Below are positions 50,684-60,448 of a stretch of DNA of 64,000 bases, one piece after another (within the stretch, counting starts at the first letter, position 1; every line of letters starts with the position of its first letter). Source of the DNA: a virus; the UHGV virus genome UHGV-1372779; one strand, given 5' to 3'. The notes under the pieces are model-generated. The model did no database searches. It was not told the DNA's origin and saw nothing but the letters and a program-made list of their open reading frames with translations. Made by a program: the position numbers and the translations under genes.

Positions 50684-51610
50684 CTATTTATTTTTAGTTT
50701 TAGTAGCAGTGGCTGAAACAGTTTCTGCTTCTACTTCTGGAGCAGTTTTTTCAGCGGCTGAGGTTGTAGGATTGATGTCTTCTGCTGTAAATCCATCTTC
50801 TCCCATAGTAAGAGCTTCAGTTACTTCTTTAATAATTCTATCTGTTATTACTTTATTTTTAGGATCTTTGAAGAATCTTATACAGTCTTCCATAGTTCTA
50901 CCTATAACTGTGGTCTCATTATATATAAATAATCCACCCTTGTTTTGAAGAATATTTTTCTCTTTAGCTGTAATAAAGATAAGAGATAATTTCATGTCTG
51001 AGCCAGTATATAGGTTAATAATTTTCTCTGGATCTGTATTAGCTACATTTATAAGGAATTCTTCTATTTCTTCTCTCGTAGAAGTTTTTACAAAACATCC
51101 TAAGATCTTAGCTTTAACAGTTAATCCTGAAGCATTATCTCCATATATGTATGTTTTGGCCTTTACTTTTGTTCTTTCAAGCTGGTTTCTCTTCTTAGTC
51201 TCATCTACTATTCTTTCTACATAAAATAAAGAATTAGCAGGAGCAATATCTGAAGGCTCTTGAATTACTCTACCCTTTTCATCCAATTTACCTCTTGGAT
51301 CAAAAATTAATTCAGAAAATCTAATTGCTTCCCAATTAGCTTTTTGAATAGGATTAGTTAAATCAAAATCTGTTCCATTCTTTATTTCAAAACCATCAGT
51401 TTCTCTAATGAAATAATCAGCTTGATTATCATTTTTATCATAAATAATATCTCCTTTGGAATCTACTCTTCTTACACAAGAAGGGAATTCTCCTGTTAAA
51501 GGATTTCTTACTGGATAAATTTTAGCTCCAGCATGAGCAGGGCCGTGAAAACATCTTATATGTACATTTTCATTTAATTCATTTAAAATTTCAGCATTAT
51601 TCATAGTCAT
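50684..51610 (-). CDS. Hypothetical structural protein of 308 aa.
   Basis: ORF only. Confidence 0.5.
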   Translation of the reverse strand: MTMNNAEILNELNENVHIRCFHGPAHAGAKIYPVRNPLTGEFPSCVRRVDSKGDIIYDKNDNQADYFIRETDGFEIKNGTDFDLTNPIQKANWEAIRFSELIFDPRGKLDEKGRVIQEPSDIAPANSLFYVERIVDETKKRNQLERTKVKAKTYIYGDNASGLTVKAKILGCFVKTSTREEIEEFLINVANTDPEKIINLYTGSDMKLSLIFITAKEKNILQNKGGLFIYNETTVIGRTMEDCIRFFKDPKNKVITDRIIKEVTEALTMGEDGFTAEDINPTTSAAEKTAPEVEAETVSATATKTKNK

Positions 51611-51624
51611 TTTATTTAATAGTA

Positions 51625-51673
51625 TATAAATAAAAATCTGTAGAGAAGAATATGGTTATATTATCTCTACAGA
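51625..51673 (-). terminator. Strong Rho-independent terminator after the 296-aa ORF (candidate capsid exon).
   Basis: An 11-bp perfect stem (atctgtagaga/tctctacagat) is followed by TTTTATTTAT on the minus strand. Confidence 0.65.
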
Positions 51674-51687
51674 TTTATCTTAAATTT

Positions 51688-52578
51688 TTATTTTCTTCTT
51701 CTGTTTTGTTTAAATATTACAGATCTATAAGGAGCATATACGGTGATTCCAGAATATCCCCAATAGATCATCTTAGATCCTGCAACTGGAGTAGAAGCAG
51801 TACCTCCCTCAAGACCAGTTAGACCTCCAACACCTTTAACATCAGTTTTGATCATATCAGCTCCCTTGAATGTCCAAGACTCAATAGCTGGTTTACCATT
51901 AGCTAAATCTGGTGTTAGATCTAGTATAAATCCAAATGCTTCATCTGGATACTCAACATCTAAAGTTCTATCAGGCATGAAGGTAATAAAGTTACCTGCA
52001 TATTCATAAGATGTAAATGTAGCTCCAACTCTAACTCCAGGAACACTTTCACCTATTGATTTCTTAGTTCCAGAAACTTTAGAATACATTAAAGTATTAG
52101 AAGGATTCCACTTAGCAATTTCATTCATCAAGTTGTCATTAACTTGTCTCCACATTAGAGAGTTACAAACAACAGTGAAATCATTACCAGTCAAGTTATC
52201 AGTCTTACTTGTCATGAAGTTAATTGCTTCCTTAAAGTGAGTTACTAATAACTGATCAAATGTGATAACATAAGCAAATCTTTCGATTTGTGGTATAATA
52301 CCATCACCAATATAAATTGGTCTGTTAGTTTCTGGATCTGTAATAGTAGGTTTACCATTAACGTCTACATTGGATCTAGCAAATAGATCATGCTTACTTT
52401 TAACTTCTAAGAAGTTATCAATTAAGGTTTTCTCCATACTAGTCATGGTAAAGTATCTTTCACTTCCATGAGTTTCAGTATCAGAGATTTTTAAGAATAC
52501 ATCCTCATTAGCTAAATAAGCTTGAGAAGCATCAATATCATTTCTGTGTAGAGTCAGATAATTACGATGCGTCTCCAT
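51688..52578 (-). CDS. ORF of 296 aa, a candidate 3' exon of an intron-split major capsid protein gene.
   Basis: It follows the 3' end of group I intron 2. The frame is open 13 codons upstream of the ATG. A strong terminator lies downstream. Confidence 0.55.
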   Translation of the reverse strand: METHRNYLTLHRNDIDASQAYLANEDVFLKISDTETHGSERYFTMTSMEKTLIDNFLEVKSKHDLFARSNVDVNGKPTITDPETNRPIYIGDGIIPQIERFAYVITFDQLLVTHFKEAINFMTSKTDNLTGNDFTVVCNSLMWRQVNDNLMNEIAKWNPSNTLMYSKVSGTKKSIGESVPGVRVGATFTSYEYAGNFITFMPDRTLDVEYPDEAFGFILDLTPDLANGKPAIESWTFKGADMIKTDVKGVGGLTGLEGGTASTPVAGSKMIYWGYSGITVYAPYRSVIFKQNRRRK

Positions 52579-52593
52579 GTTTGATTGGTATTT

Positions 52594-53608
52594 CGTATCA
52601 TTTATGTTAGCTCTATATTACTATAGAGATCAGACTATATCTTAATCTTATTTAATTATACTATAAATACTTAAATATAAATCCTTTACAACTGTTTCTT
52701 TCTCCATTTAGAACTTTTTTAACATTTGCATATCCTGCTTTTCTGCAGTCTCTCAAACATTTAAAAGTTTCCAAAAGATTACCATCAATATCATACTTAC
52801 CAATTGGAATATTCTCATATTTATGATTGGTTTTATTTCCAATTCTTTCTCCAGTATATTGTTTTTTCTTAAACTTCTTCATAAAAGGAAGTTTTTCATA
52901 AGAAAATTGATAACCATGAAATTGATGTCCTTGTTTGATGCTTCTAGGAAGATGCCCAGCACTAACATTTAAGTACTTTGCTGCATCTGTTACAGTTTCA
53001 AATTCTTTAACAAATTCTCCTTCTAGATCATACATATAAACTTTTACCTTTAAAATCTCAGGGCATCCACCTTCACCTCCGAGCTTTATATTATATGTAT
53101 CTTCTCTTTTTATATATTCTTCTGTAACTAACTCAGATTCTAATTTATAAGCCTCTTCTTTATTATCGAATATATTCAGAGTAATTCTTTTAAATTTGTC
53201 TATGCCATATTTATTAACTGCACATTGAAAAGGAGTTTTACTCTTTTTATAAGTTGCAGGTCTATTAATAAACACACCATTTCCTAAATATCCATCAAAT
53301 TTATCAGGATTTAACGTCTCATGAACTCCTATATATTGTTTATTGTTCACCAGACAAATTGTCATATACACTAAGTATTTTTTCATATTTTATATAATTA
53401 ATAAGATTTTCCCCATTTCGAACTTATGAATCTAAGTCCTACTCCTTTCGGATAGTCGTTGAACGTTCTCTAGCACTTCTAAAATAGCTTGTGTACTCTA
53501 GAGCTTCGCTGCTGATTGTCTTTAGATATACCAATTCTAAAGAGTTTCCAGCAATTAAAGGAATTTTTCTTACAACTTCCTCTGTTAAGCTACCAATGAA
53601 CAGATGTA
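52594..53608 (-). mobile_element. Second group I intron, related to the first, carrying a GIY-YIG homing endonuclease. The 3' boundary is uncertain: candidate omega-G positions are 52599, 52594 and 52565.
   Basis: Elements read on the minus strand:
- P-like 'aattgctgg'.
- Q-like 'acaatcagcagc'. The P4 pairing gcTg/cAgc covaries against gcGg/cCgc in intron 1.
- R 'gttcaacgactatcc' at 53450-53464.
- S 'aagatatagtc' at 52633-52643.
- P3 formed by tccttt/aaagga.
- P9 'ctctata-gtaa-tatagag' with a GNRA loop at 52611-52628.
- A guide-like 'Gttgtaag' in the position analogous to intron 1, pairing with exon 'cttacaaT' (8 bp plus U:G), which puts the 5' splice site after 53609. Confidence 0.6.
52661..53386 (-). 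CDS. GIY-YIG homing endonuclease of 241 aa, encoded inside the intron.
   Basis: 'YLVYMTICLVNNKQYIGV' followed by a downstream '...E...YNIKLGG' gives the GIY-YIG pattern. It lies between the R and S elements. Confidence 0.65.
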   Translation of the reverse strand: MKKYLVYMTICLVNNKQYIGVHETLNPDKFDGYLGNGVFINRPATYKKSKTPFQCAVNKYGIDKFKRITLNIFDNKEEAYKLESELVTEEYIKREDTYNIKLGGEGGCPEILKVKVYMYDLEGEFVKEFETVTDAAKYLNVSAGHLPRSIKQGHQFHGYQFSYEKLPFMKKFKKKQYTGERIGNKTNHKYENIPIGKYDIDGNLLETFKCLRDCRKAGYANVKKVLNGERNSCKGFIFKYL

Positions 53609-54172
53609 TATTGTAAGGGAGCTACTTTTTAACCCCTGGTCGTGATAATCATAAGGATGAGCATTAGATAAGAAGTGAGTAGTCATTCCTGGCTTACATG
53701 CACTTAAATCTAAGTGTTGTTTTCCATCATTGTCTACAAGAACACAAGTGTATTCAAAATATTGATTAGTTCTCCAAAGAGGTCTTCTTGTTACATATAA
53801 TTGTTGATGAGAACCATCTATAACAAAGATGTCATGTTTTTCATAATATCTTTCTTTTAAAGGTATAATTATCTCGGTATTTCCAACACCGTCTCCAATA
53901 GGTTCTCCTGCAATTTCAATTCTCTTAATGAAATTAACATTAACATCCCATTCTATACAGAATGCATTAATGCTCTTAGTTCCTTTCTTTGGAATATCTT
54001 GGTAAACTAAATTTCCTAATTTATCTACCAATGTAGAAACGGTATGATTTTTGCAAAGGGAAGCAGCTAATCCTACTCTATGTTTAGCTCTTCCTAAAAA
54101 TTGTGAAAAGTCATGATATGTCCGTGATCCAGACACATTGGCTCTATTACTGATGTATTCAGCTACAAACAT
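53585..54172 (-). CDS. ORF of 195 aa, a candidate 5' exon of the split capsid gene. Its last 7 codons and stop are probably intron sequence.
   Basis: It is immediately downstream of the scaffold-like acidic gene. The intron P1 pairing places the splice site at 53609. Confidence 0.55.
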   Translation of the reverse strand: MFVAEYISNRANVSGSRTYHDFSQFLGRAKHRVGLAASLCKNHTVSTLVDKLGNLVYQDIPKKGTKSINAFCIEWDVNVNFIKRIEIAGEPIGDGVGNTEIIIPLKERYYEKHDIFVIDGSHQQLYVTRRPLWRTNQYFEYTCVLVDNDGKQHLDLSACKPGMTTHFLSNAHPYDYHDQGLKSSSLTIYICSLVA

Positions 54173-54203
54173 TTAATTTAAATTTTAAAGTTTAACTAAT
54201 ATT

Positions 54204-55316
54204 TTATTGTTTAAGTTTAAACAACATACTTAGATCATCCTCATCAGATAGTACTGATGTGCTTTTAACAGTTACATTTGATTTTGGACTAGGTTTGTTG
54301 TTTCCCTTAGGGTTGGATGGATTTTTTAAATTTTGTATTTCTTTATCTTTTTTAGATAATTCACTCATATAAGCAGTGTGAAGATTTTGAAGTAGCTCAT
54401 CACCATGTGCCATGAAGAAGGCCATCTTAAATAACTTTTCAGGGTTATTTAAATCCATTGCCAATTTACTAGCCCCATTTAAGGTAGGTTTAAACGCATA
54501 ATCATAAGTAGAAGTTAAATCTCTATCTTCAAGATCTACACCAGAGAAGTTTTTATATTTATTGCCAGCTTCTTTAAAAGAATTTAAGAATTGCTGTTGT
54601 TCTTCTGTGGTAACTTGTTGATTATTTTGATTATTTTGTTCTTCAAGTTGTTGCTGTTCTAATTCTTTATAAATCTCTCTAAGTCTTTCAACTTTTTTAG
54701 TGAACAGATTAGGATTTTCTTTAGCTCTTTCTACTTCATCATGAATTTCTTCATCTGTCCAATCTTCATATCTCTCTTTAAGATCAAAAGCTAGAATCTC
54801 TTCATCAGAGAGATTATCTACACTGAATTGAACATTATTATCAAGATATTCTTGAATACCTTGTTGTTTATAGTAGTTAATCATTTCCTCTTGAGATAAC
54901 TCATGCTCTCTCATAAATGATATTAACTGTATTTCATCTTTACTTAAATCATAATCTTCATTTGGGGAAGTATTTAAAATTTGTAGCTTCTCCTCATTGG
55001 TCAATTCATCAAATGATTTGGTAACTATTGCTCCAAAATCATTTTCTATTTTAATATTATTAGGATCTTTAAATCCTCTTGCCTTTAGTGCCTCAGTAAT
55101 TAAATCAAATTGCTCTGTGGCTACAGGATTAGATGGATCGGGATTGTTTCCATCTTGGTTCTGTGGATCTGGTTCAGTTGGAGGTTCTGGATTAGAATTA
55201 TTTCCTTCTTGTGAACCATCTGGAAGATTTGTCAGTAATGAAGGATCATTTCCATCAGGATTTGGTTCTCCTTTACCTTCTTCTAATCCTAATAATAAAT
55301 CTAAATCATCATTCAT
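54204..55316 (-). CDS. Acidic, Gln- and Glu-rich coiled-coil protein of 370 aa, scaffold-like.
   Basis: Composition read from the translation ('EQQQLEEQNNQNNQQVTTEEQQQ', a very acidic N-terminus). It sits just upstream of the capsid candidate. Confidence 0.5.
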   Translation of the reverse strand: MNDDLDLLLGLEEGKGEPNPDGNDPSLLTNLPDGSQEGNNSNPEPPTEPDPQNQDGNNPDPSNPVATEQFDLITEALKARGFKDPNNIKIENDFGAIVTKSFDELTNEEKLQILNTSPNEDYDLSKDEIQLISFMREHELSQEEMINYYKQQGIQEYLDNNVQFSVDNLSDEEILAFDLKERYEDWTDEEIHDEVERAKENPNLFTKKVERLREIYKELEQQQLEEQNNQNNQQVTTEEQQQFLNSFKEAGNKYKNFSGVDLEDRDLTSTYDYAFKPTLNGASKLAMDLNNPEKLFKMAFFMAHGDELLQNLHTAYMSELSKKDKEIQNLKNPSNPKGNNKPSPKSNVTVKSTSVLSDEDDLSMLFKLKQ

Positions 55317-55336
55317 AGTATATCTATGTTAGTTAA

Positions 55337-55627
55337 TTATAGACTATTAATATAGTCATAGAAAGTAATTAAATCTTTATGTCTAATTGGCCATACAGAT
55401 TTATTAACTATTTTCTTAATAGATTCTATAGACTCAGAAGGAAGATCAAAAGATTCAACTTCAATGTTCTCTTCTAAAACATCCATAAGTTCCATATCTT
55501 TCTTCATTTGTCCTAGTGAAAGTCCTTCTGGACTCGCTTGTCTATACAAAAATAAAAGTAACTTTGCATAATTAGCATCCTCATTCTCTACGAGTCTTAA
55601 TTCCGTATTTCTATTCTCAAATTTCAT
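55337..55627 (-). CDS. Hypothetical protein of 96 aa.
   Basis: ORF only. Confidence 0.4.
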   Translation of the reverse strand: MKFENRNTELRLVENEDANYAKLLLFLYRQASPEGLSLGQMKKDMELMDVLEENIEVESFDLPSESIESIKKIVNKSVWPIRHKDLITFYDYINSL

Positions 55628-55702
55628 ATCATTTAAAGTTTATAGTTTTATTTTGCAAATATAGATATTATTTAGACTGAATCCAAATAAACAAAATATT
55701 TT

Positions 55703-56344
55703 TTAATTTTTGATTTTTATTAGCTCTATGTTAATATCACTTCCAAAATCTTTAGCTTTAGCATAAGTTTTATCTATATAATGATTTCTGAAGCCAATTA
55801 AAGAGTACCCATGCTCTTTCCTTTTTCTAAAATTATACCAATGTATAACATCATAGTAATTAGTTACTACTATAGTTAAATCTATTTTTGCATCCTTGAA
55901 TACAAGATCAATTTTGTTATTTTTTATAGTTAATTCTCCTTGAACAGTGATACATTTAATTGGTTCTGTAAAATGTATAATAGTATCTTTAGACGCATCA
56001 ATTTGTTGTACTATAGTATCTTTGAGCGTAATAGTATCTGTTATTGTTATCTTTCCTATTGATGTTAAATTTTTTATCTTTATATCTTTTTCTTTAATTA
56101 TATCCTTATATAATGAATCTTGTTTCAAGATTAAGGTTTTAAATTGCTTTTCAGAAACATTGTATACCTTTTGTATAGAATCTTTTTGAATTAGCTCTGT
56201 AGTGTGGAGGTCTTTTAAATCTCTTATCTCTGTAGCCTGATTCCAACAAGTTTTTGTTATGAATATTATATAAATAATAGCTATTATAATAAGAGTATAT
56301 TTAGTTATTATCTTTTTCATATTCTTTTCTTCCATAATTATCAA
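55703..56344 (-). CDS. Protein of about 205 aa with an N-terminal transmembrane anchor.
   Basis: Hydrophobic 'TKYTLIIIAIIYIIFI' segment near the N-terminus. Confidence 0.45.
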   Translation of the reverse strand: MIIMEEKNMKKIITKYTLIIIAIIYIIFITKTCWNQATEIRDLKDLHTTELIQKDSIQKVYNVSEKQFKTLILKQDSLYKDIIKEKDIKIKNLTSIGKITITDTITLKDTIVQQIDASKDTIIHFTEPIKCITVQGELTIKNNKIDLVFKDAKIDLTIVVTNYYDVIHWYNFRKRKEHGYSLIGFRNHYIDKTYAKAKDFGSDINIELIKIKN

Positions 56345-56564
56345 TTTTCTTTTCCTTCACACTAACCCCTAAAAGACCTAATCCTGATGTAATTAAGGTT
56401 CCTATAAAGATTAATATTGATTCATCTATTACTCCAACTGGATCTAGTGATAGAGCAGCTATGTACCCTATTACTATTCCAGACAGAGTTAAAATTGTTC
56501 CTATAATTCTTTTAGAGGATAAATCTCCATTTGTTCCTCTAAAAATTTCTCTAAATATATTCAT
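56301..56564 (-). CDS. Small membrane protein of 87 aa with two transmembrane segments, holin-like.
   Basis: Two hydrophobic helices, 'IIGTILTLSGIVIGYIAALSL' and 'ILIFIGTLITSGLGLLGV', and a charged C-terminus. Confidence 0.4.
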   Translation of the reverse strand: MNIFREIFRGTNGDLSSKRIIGTILTLSGIVIGYIAALSLDPVGVIDESILIFIGTLITSGLGLLGVSVKEKKIDNYGRKEYEKDNN

Positions 56565-56566
56565 GA

Positions 56567-59500
56567 TTAATCATCACCCATTCTTCCTTTGATTAGTCTC
56601 CACCCTTCTGATGTATAGATAAATCCGGCTGCTCTTTGTTCTATTAGCCAGAACCATCCATTCATAAGCATTATCTCTATTCTATGAGATCCATAAGTGT
56701 TGGTATTATATATATAACATACTTGTCCTATTCTTCCTCCATTTAAAGAAACATTTCTAGTAGTATCATTAGAATTTATTTCTATGTAAGATATACCATC
56801 CAAATTTAATGGATAGGGATTATCTGAATCTCCAGACGTTATAGTAACAGAAATAGCTTTTGTTAAAGATAGGTCTTTAATTATAGTTTTTCCACTCAAA
56901 ATACATTCATTACTAACTTGGAGGTTATTAAAAACTCCTACAAGACTCCCATTTAGCCTTCCAAAGAATGAATCTTGGTTATACCAATAATTACTAACAG
57001 TATCTTTAGTTCCAAATACTAATCCGAAGATAGACTGTGAAGAAATAGAAGTTTTTACTTTACCCATAGCTAACCCATCTCTGTATCTATCTCCTTCTGA
57101 ACTTCTATCTGGGTCAAAGATTTCATAACTAAAATCTGATAATAGTATATCTCCTATATAATCTCCTACATTAATTTGAAATGCTCCATTTATCACATCC
57201 CCATTCACAAATAATTTACCTCCTTGAGTAACAACAAATGGTGCAATCGGAGTATCACTTGTTCCATTTAGGTTATTCAATACTGTGTTCATAGCTGACT
57301 CTAAAGTTCCTCCTGCCCAGTATCTAACTAGATCATCTCCTGATAAACTACCTTGATCTTTAGATGCAGTAATTCCTGATTTAGGAGCAAGCATGGTAAC
57401 ATCTCCATCTGAATTCCAATACAAATTATTATAGGCTAATAATCCACTACCATCATTATTAAATCTCCAAGGGTTATTATTATCATCACTCATTCTTAAC
57501 CCGTACATAGTTCCATCTGGGAGAAATTTAACATGAGGCCTCTCTACAGTAGTTACTACTCCATCAAGGGAAGTTGATTCTACTAATTCTATTCCTCCTG
57601 TAATACCCTCTTCACTAAATCTCCACTTAGTTATTATATCCTCTCCTGATATGGCTTTTATTTCTATTTTAGAACTTCTCATATAGTCTCCTTCTGGAAG
57701 TTTGCTACCTATATATATGTCAGCTTCTAATATTCTGGGATTTATATATCCATTTTTTATGATCATTCTATTAGAGGTAGCCCAAGATACCATATCTATG
57801 TATCCAAGATATCCTATTTTAGATGCAAAGTCTTCTCTTAACCCAGTTTGAATAGTGTTAAATCTTTCCCAATCAGAGACATTTCCAGGCTTAGAAGTTA
57901 TTCCTTCTTCTATTTCTTCTTTAGTTAATTCTATAGAAGAATTACATACTAATATTTCATAGTCATAATTCATCCAGAAATCTCCAACTGCATAGGGTCC
58001 TTTAGGCACATTCTTAGAAAAATATAGAGTTCCATTTGAACCTAGTATTTTTAAGCTATTACATATGCTAATTTGAAGAGGAACTAAGTCTACTTCTATG
58101 TATGTGGGGTCTTCTGGGTCTTTAGGACTAGGATAAGTAGTCACAACACTCCCATCAATATAACAAGTTGTAGATCCATTTTTAGTATAGTTATAAACAT
58201 TCAAACTAGCTCCTCCAGAAGGAATTTCCATAACTTTTTCTATATACATAGGAGGTCTGTCTGGAAAATTATCACTATATGTGGGATCCATTTTTTTATT
58301 AGGATCAGTATCATAGTTATAGTCTTCACTTCTCATATCTGGAACAACGTATTCTGGATTTTTGATAATTCTCTTTTCGCCTGGGCTATAGTCTCCATTA
58401 TAAAAAGCTAAACAGTCTGAATCTTCATTAGTTATGAATTCTTTTAATAAATGCGCCTTAGAAATGTTTATAGAATTTGCTTCTATAAAATTTCCAACAT
58501 CTACTAAATTTGATTTATTATGTCCATATACAGATGATCTTCCGATTATATAAGAATTATTACTATATAATCCACACTCATTCTTTAAACTTAATCCCCT
58601 ATAAATAGAGTTAGATAAATCTCCAAATTTACATTTAGAATCTTCTGAATATTCTGTATTATTTACTTCTTCTAAAATTTCTACTATAGGTTTATTACTG
58701 TCAAAAGCTGAAAGATAAATTATATTTTGTCTATTTATATCTACTACATTACCAAATTGACACAGTTCATCCCCAACTTCTATCATTCCACTTATATCTT
58801 CTATTACAGTAGGAGATTCATCTTCCTCATCCTCATCTTCTGAAGGTATGTCTTCATCTTCATCTGGATTAGGATACTTACTAAATTGATCTATATCAAT
58901 ATATACTTTACTATCAATTACATCCCTAATCCAAACTATATAATCTTTAGATCTAGGGTATTTTAAAGATTTGCATCTTACTAGATCATTCTTAGTAAAT
59001 GGAAGAAATTCTTCATTAAATGTTAGTTCATATACATCTACATTAACTAGATTACCTGTTTTTATATAGTTTTCATCTACCTCTTCGAACTCCATCTCTT
59101 CTATAATAGAGATTCCTTTAATTATAGCACTGCCCTGAGACATTACTGTGGCCCCTCTTATGGATCTAGCTTTTTCTAGTGTAAGTTCTGGAATATTTAA
59201 ATCATCTCTTACTAATATTGAATCTATCTCTAGAGTATATTTTCCTCCATCTTCATATATACTATATCCAGACCCATCAATACCAGGAGAGAAGTCATAG
59301 GATTCTACATTAGAAGTAGTAATTCCTCCATTTACGGAGGTTTCTATTCTATTATCAACATAAAGGTCTCCTGATATATTAGTATTTACATTTATATTTA
59401 AATTTTCTTCTGATAACTCTATTTTTGGAGATTCTTCATTATTATAGTATATTCCTAAAGAATCTTCAACTAGCTTTAATTTAAATAGTATAGAGTTATT

Positions 59501-60109
59501 ATATAAAGAGACTAGGTCTTCTCCTATTATATTTATTTTAGAATTGAGTATAGGATTTTTGGAGTCCCCAAAAGTTACATTTCCTTTAACAACTCCTCCA
59601 TCTTTTAAATTCAAATATATTTCTTCAAAACCATTAGCGGTTTTTAGAAAATGTCTTCCTTCGCTTATAATAAAGTAAGGATAGTTAATTGGGAGTTCTA
59701 CAGAATCATCAGTTTTATAATTAAGTATCTGCTTTAAATTACCTAATACTAGTTTGATTTGATCTTCAGTTAAGCTTTGTTTATTATTATAGGACAAAAA
59801 TCCTTCAATGCTTCCACCTTCTCCCTGAATAGATAGATTTATTAAAGAATTTCCATATTTTATATAGAATTGTCCTTCATCTTTTGTAAAATATATACCA
59901 TCAGACTTAATATCTGAGGCAGAGGTGACTTCATTGATTATTGGAGGGAAAGTAACATCTATTTTACCATTTTTAATTAGGTTCAGGAAAGAATTCCCGA
60001 ACCTAACTTTAACATTACCTTTTCCATTTAATATAACATCAGTAGTGCCATCGCCTACTATAGTATATATTTTATCTAATATTCTTTCATGTTTTACTAA
60101 CTCTCCCAT
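56567..60109 (-). CDS. Large structural protein of 1180 aa, a candidate tail fibre or spike, with an acidic 'DEDEDIPSEDEDEEDE' insert.
   Basis: Long ORF beginning at an ATG (60107-60109). Confidence 0.6.
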   Translation of the reverse strand: MGELVKHERILDKIYTIVGDGTTDVILNGKGNVKVRFGNSFLNLIKNGKIDVTFPPIINEVTSASDIKSDGIYFTKDEGQFYIKYGNSLINLSIQGEGGSIEGFLSYNNKQSLTEDQIKLVLGNLKQILNYKTDDSVELPINYPYFIISEGRHFLKTANGFEEIYLNLKDGGVVKGNVTFGDSKNPILNSKINIIGEDLVSLYNNSILFKLKLVEDSLGIYYNNEESPKIELSEENLNINVNTNISGDLYVDNRIETSVNGGITTSNVESYDFSPGIDGSGYSIYEDGGKYTLEIDSILVRDDLNIPELTLEKARSIRGATVMSQGSAIIKGISIIEEMEFEEVDENYIKTGNLVNVDVYELTFNEEFLPFTKNDLVRCKSLKYPRSKDYIVWIRDVIDSKVYIDIDQFSKYPNPDEDEDIPSEDEDEEDESPTVIEDISGMIEVGDELCQFGNVVDINRQNIIYLSAFDSNKPIVEILEEVNNTEYSEDSKCKFGDLSNSIYRGLSLKNECGLYSNNSYIIGRSSVYGHNKSNLVDVGNFIEANSINISKAHLLKEFITNEDSDCLAFYNGDYSPGEKRIIKNPEYVVPDMRSEDYNYDTDPNKKMDPTYSDNFPDRPPMYIEKVMEIPSGGASLNVYNYTKNGSTTCYIDGSVVTTYPSPKDPEDPTYIEVDLVPLQISICNSLKILGSNGTLYFSKNVPKGPYAVGDFWMNYDYEILVCNSSIELTKEEIEEGITSKPGNVSDWERFNTIQTGLREDFASKIGYLGYIDMVSWATSNRMIIKNGYINPRILEADIYIGSKLPEGDYMRSSKIEIKAISGEDIITKWRFSEEGITGGIELVESTSLDGVVTTVERPHVKFLPDGTMYGLRMSDDNNNPWRFNNDGSGLLAYNNLYWNSDGDVTMLAPKSGITASKDQGSLSGDDLVRYWAGGTLESAMNTVLNNLNGTSDTPIAPFVVTQGGKLFVNGDVINGAFQINVGDYIGDILLSDFSYEIFDPDRSSEGDRYRDGLAMGKVKTSISSQSIFGLVFGTKDTVSNYWYNQDSFFGRLNGSLVGVFNNLQVSNECILSGKTIIKDLSLTKAISVTITSGDSDNPYPLNLDGISYIEINSNDTTRNVSLNGGRIGQVCYIYNTNTYGSHRIEIMLMNGWFWLIEQRAAGFIYTSEGWRLIKGRMGDD

Positions 60110-60124
60110 TGTTTATATTTTAAA

Positions 60125-60445
60125 TCACCCTTCTAGTGCTGCAACTCTTGCTTCTAAGCTAGATACCTTAGAAGCTAAAGTCTGAAGTAATTCTTTATCA
60201 CTATTAGTATAATCATTAGAAGATAGTCCTTTACCAGATACCTTATCCACCTTACCTTCTTCTAACTCATTAGTCTTATTAGTAAATTTAGTGTCTAAAT
60301 CATCTATAGACCCTTCTAACTCATTCTTAGTATCTTCAATAATTTCTAAAGTCTCATCTTGGTTGGAGTTTATCTTCACTACCATATCCCTCAGATTATC
60401 TCCACCCTGATTGTTTGCTAATCTTCCTAAAATAAGTTTATTCAT
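60125..60445 (-). CDS. Coiled-coil protein of 106 aa that shares the 'KVDKxxGKxLSxNDYTN' repeat with the DGR target fibre.
   Basis: 'KVDKVSGKGLSSNDYTNSDK' matches the repeat in the target gene's N-terminal region. Confidence 0.5.
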   Translation of the reverse strand: MNKLILGRLANNQGGDNLRDMVVKINSNQDETLEIIEDTKNELEGSIDDLDTKFTNKTNELEEGKVDKVSGKGLSSNDYTNSDKELLQTLASKVSSLEARVAALEG

Positions 60446-60448
60446 ATC

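Noticed and set aside
53585-53608. An alternative intron-2 5' splice site directly before the TAA of the 195-aa ORF (analogous to intron 1). This would give a clean 195+5+296 aa fusion.
   Set aside because: No guide sequence in the intron's 5' region pairs with '...ggtagcT'. The positionally analogous guide pairs perfectly 21 nt upstream instead. The alternative is kept only as a possibility to test by RNA-seq.
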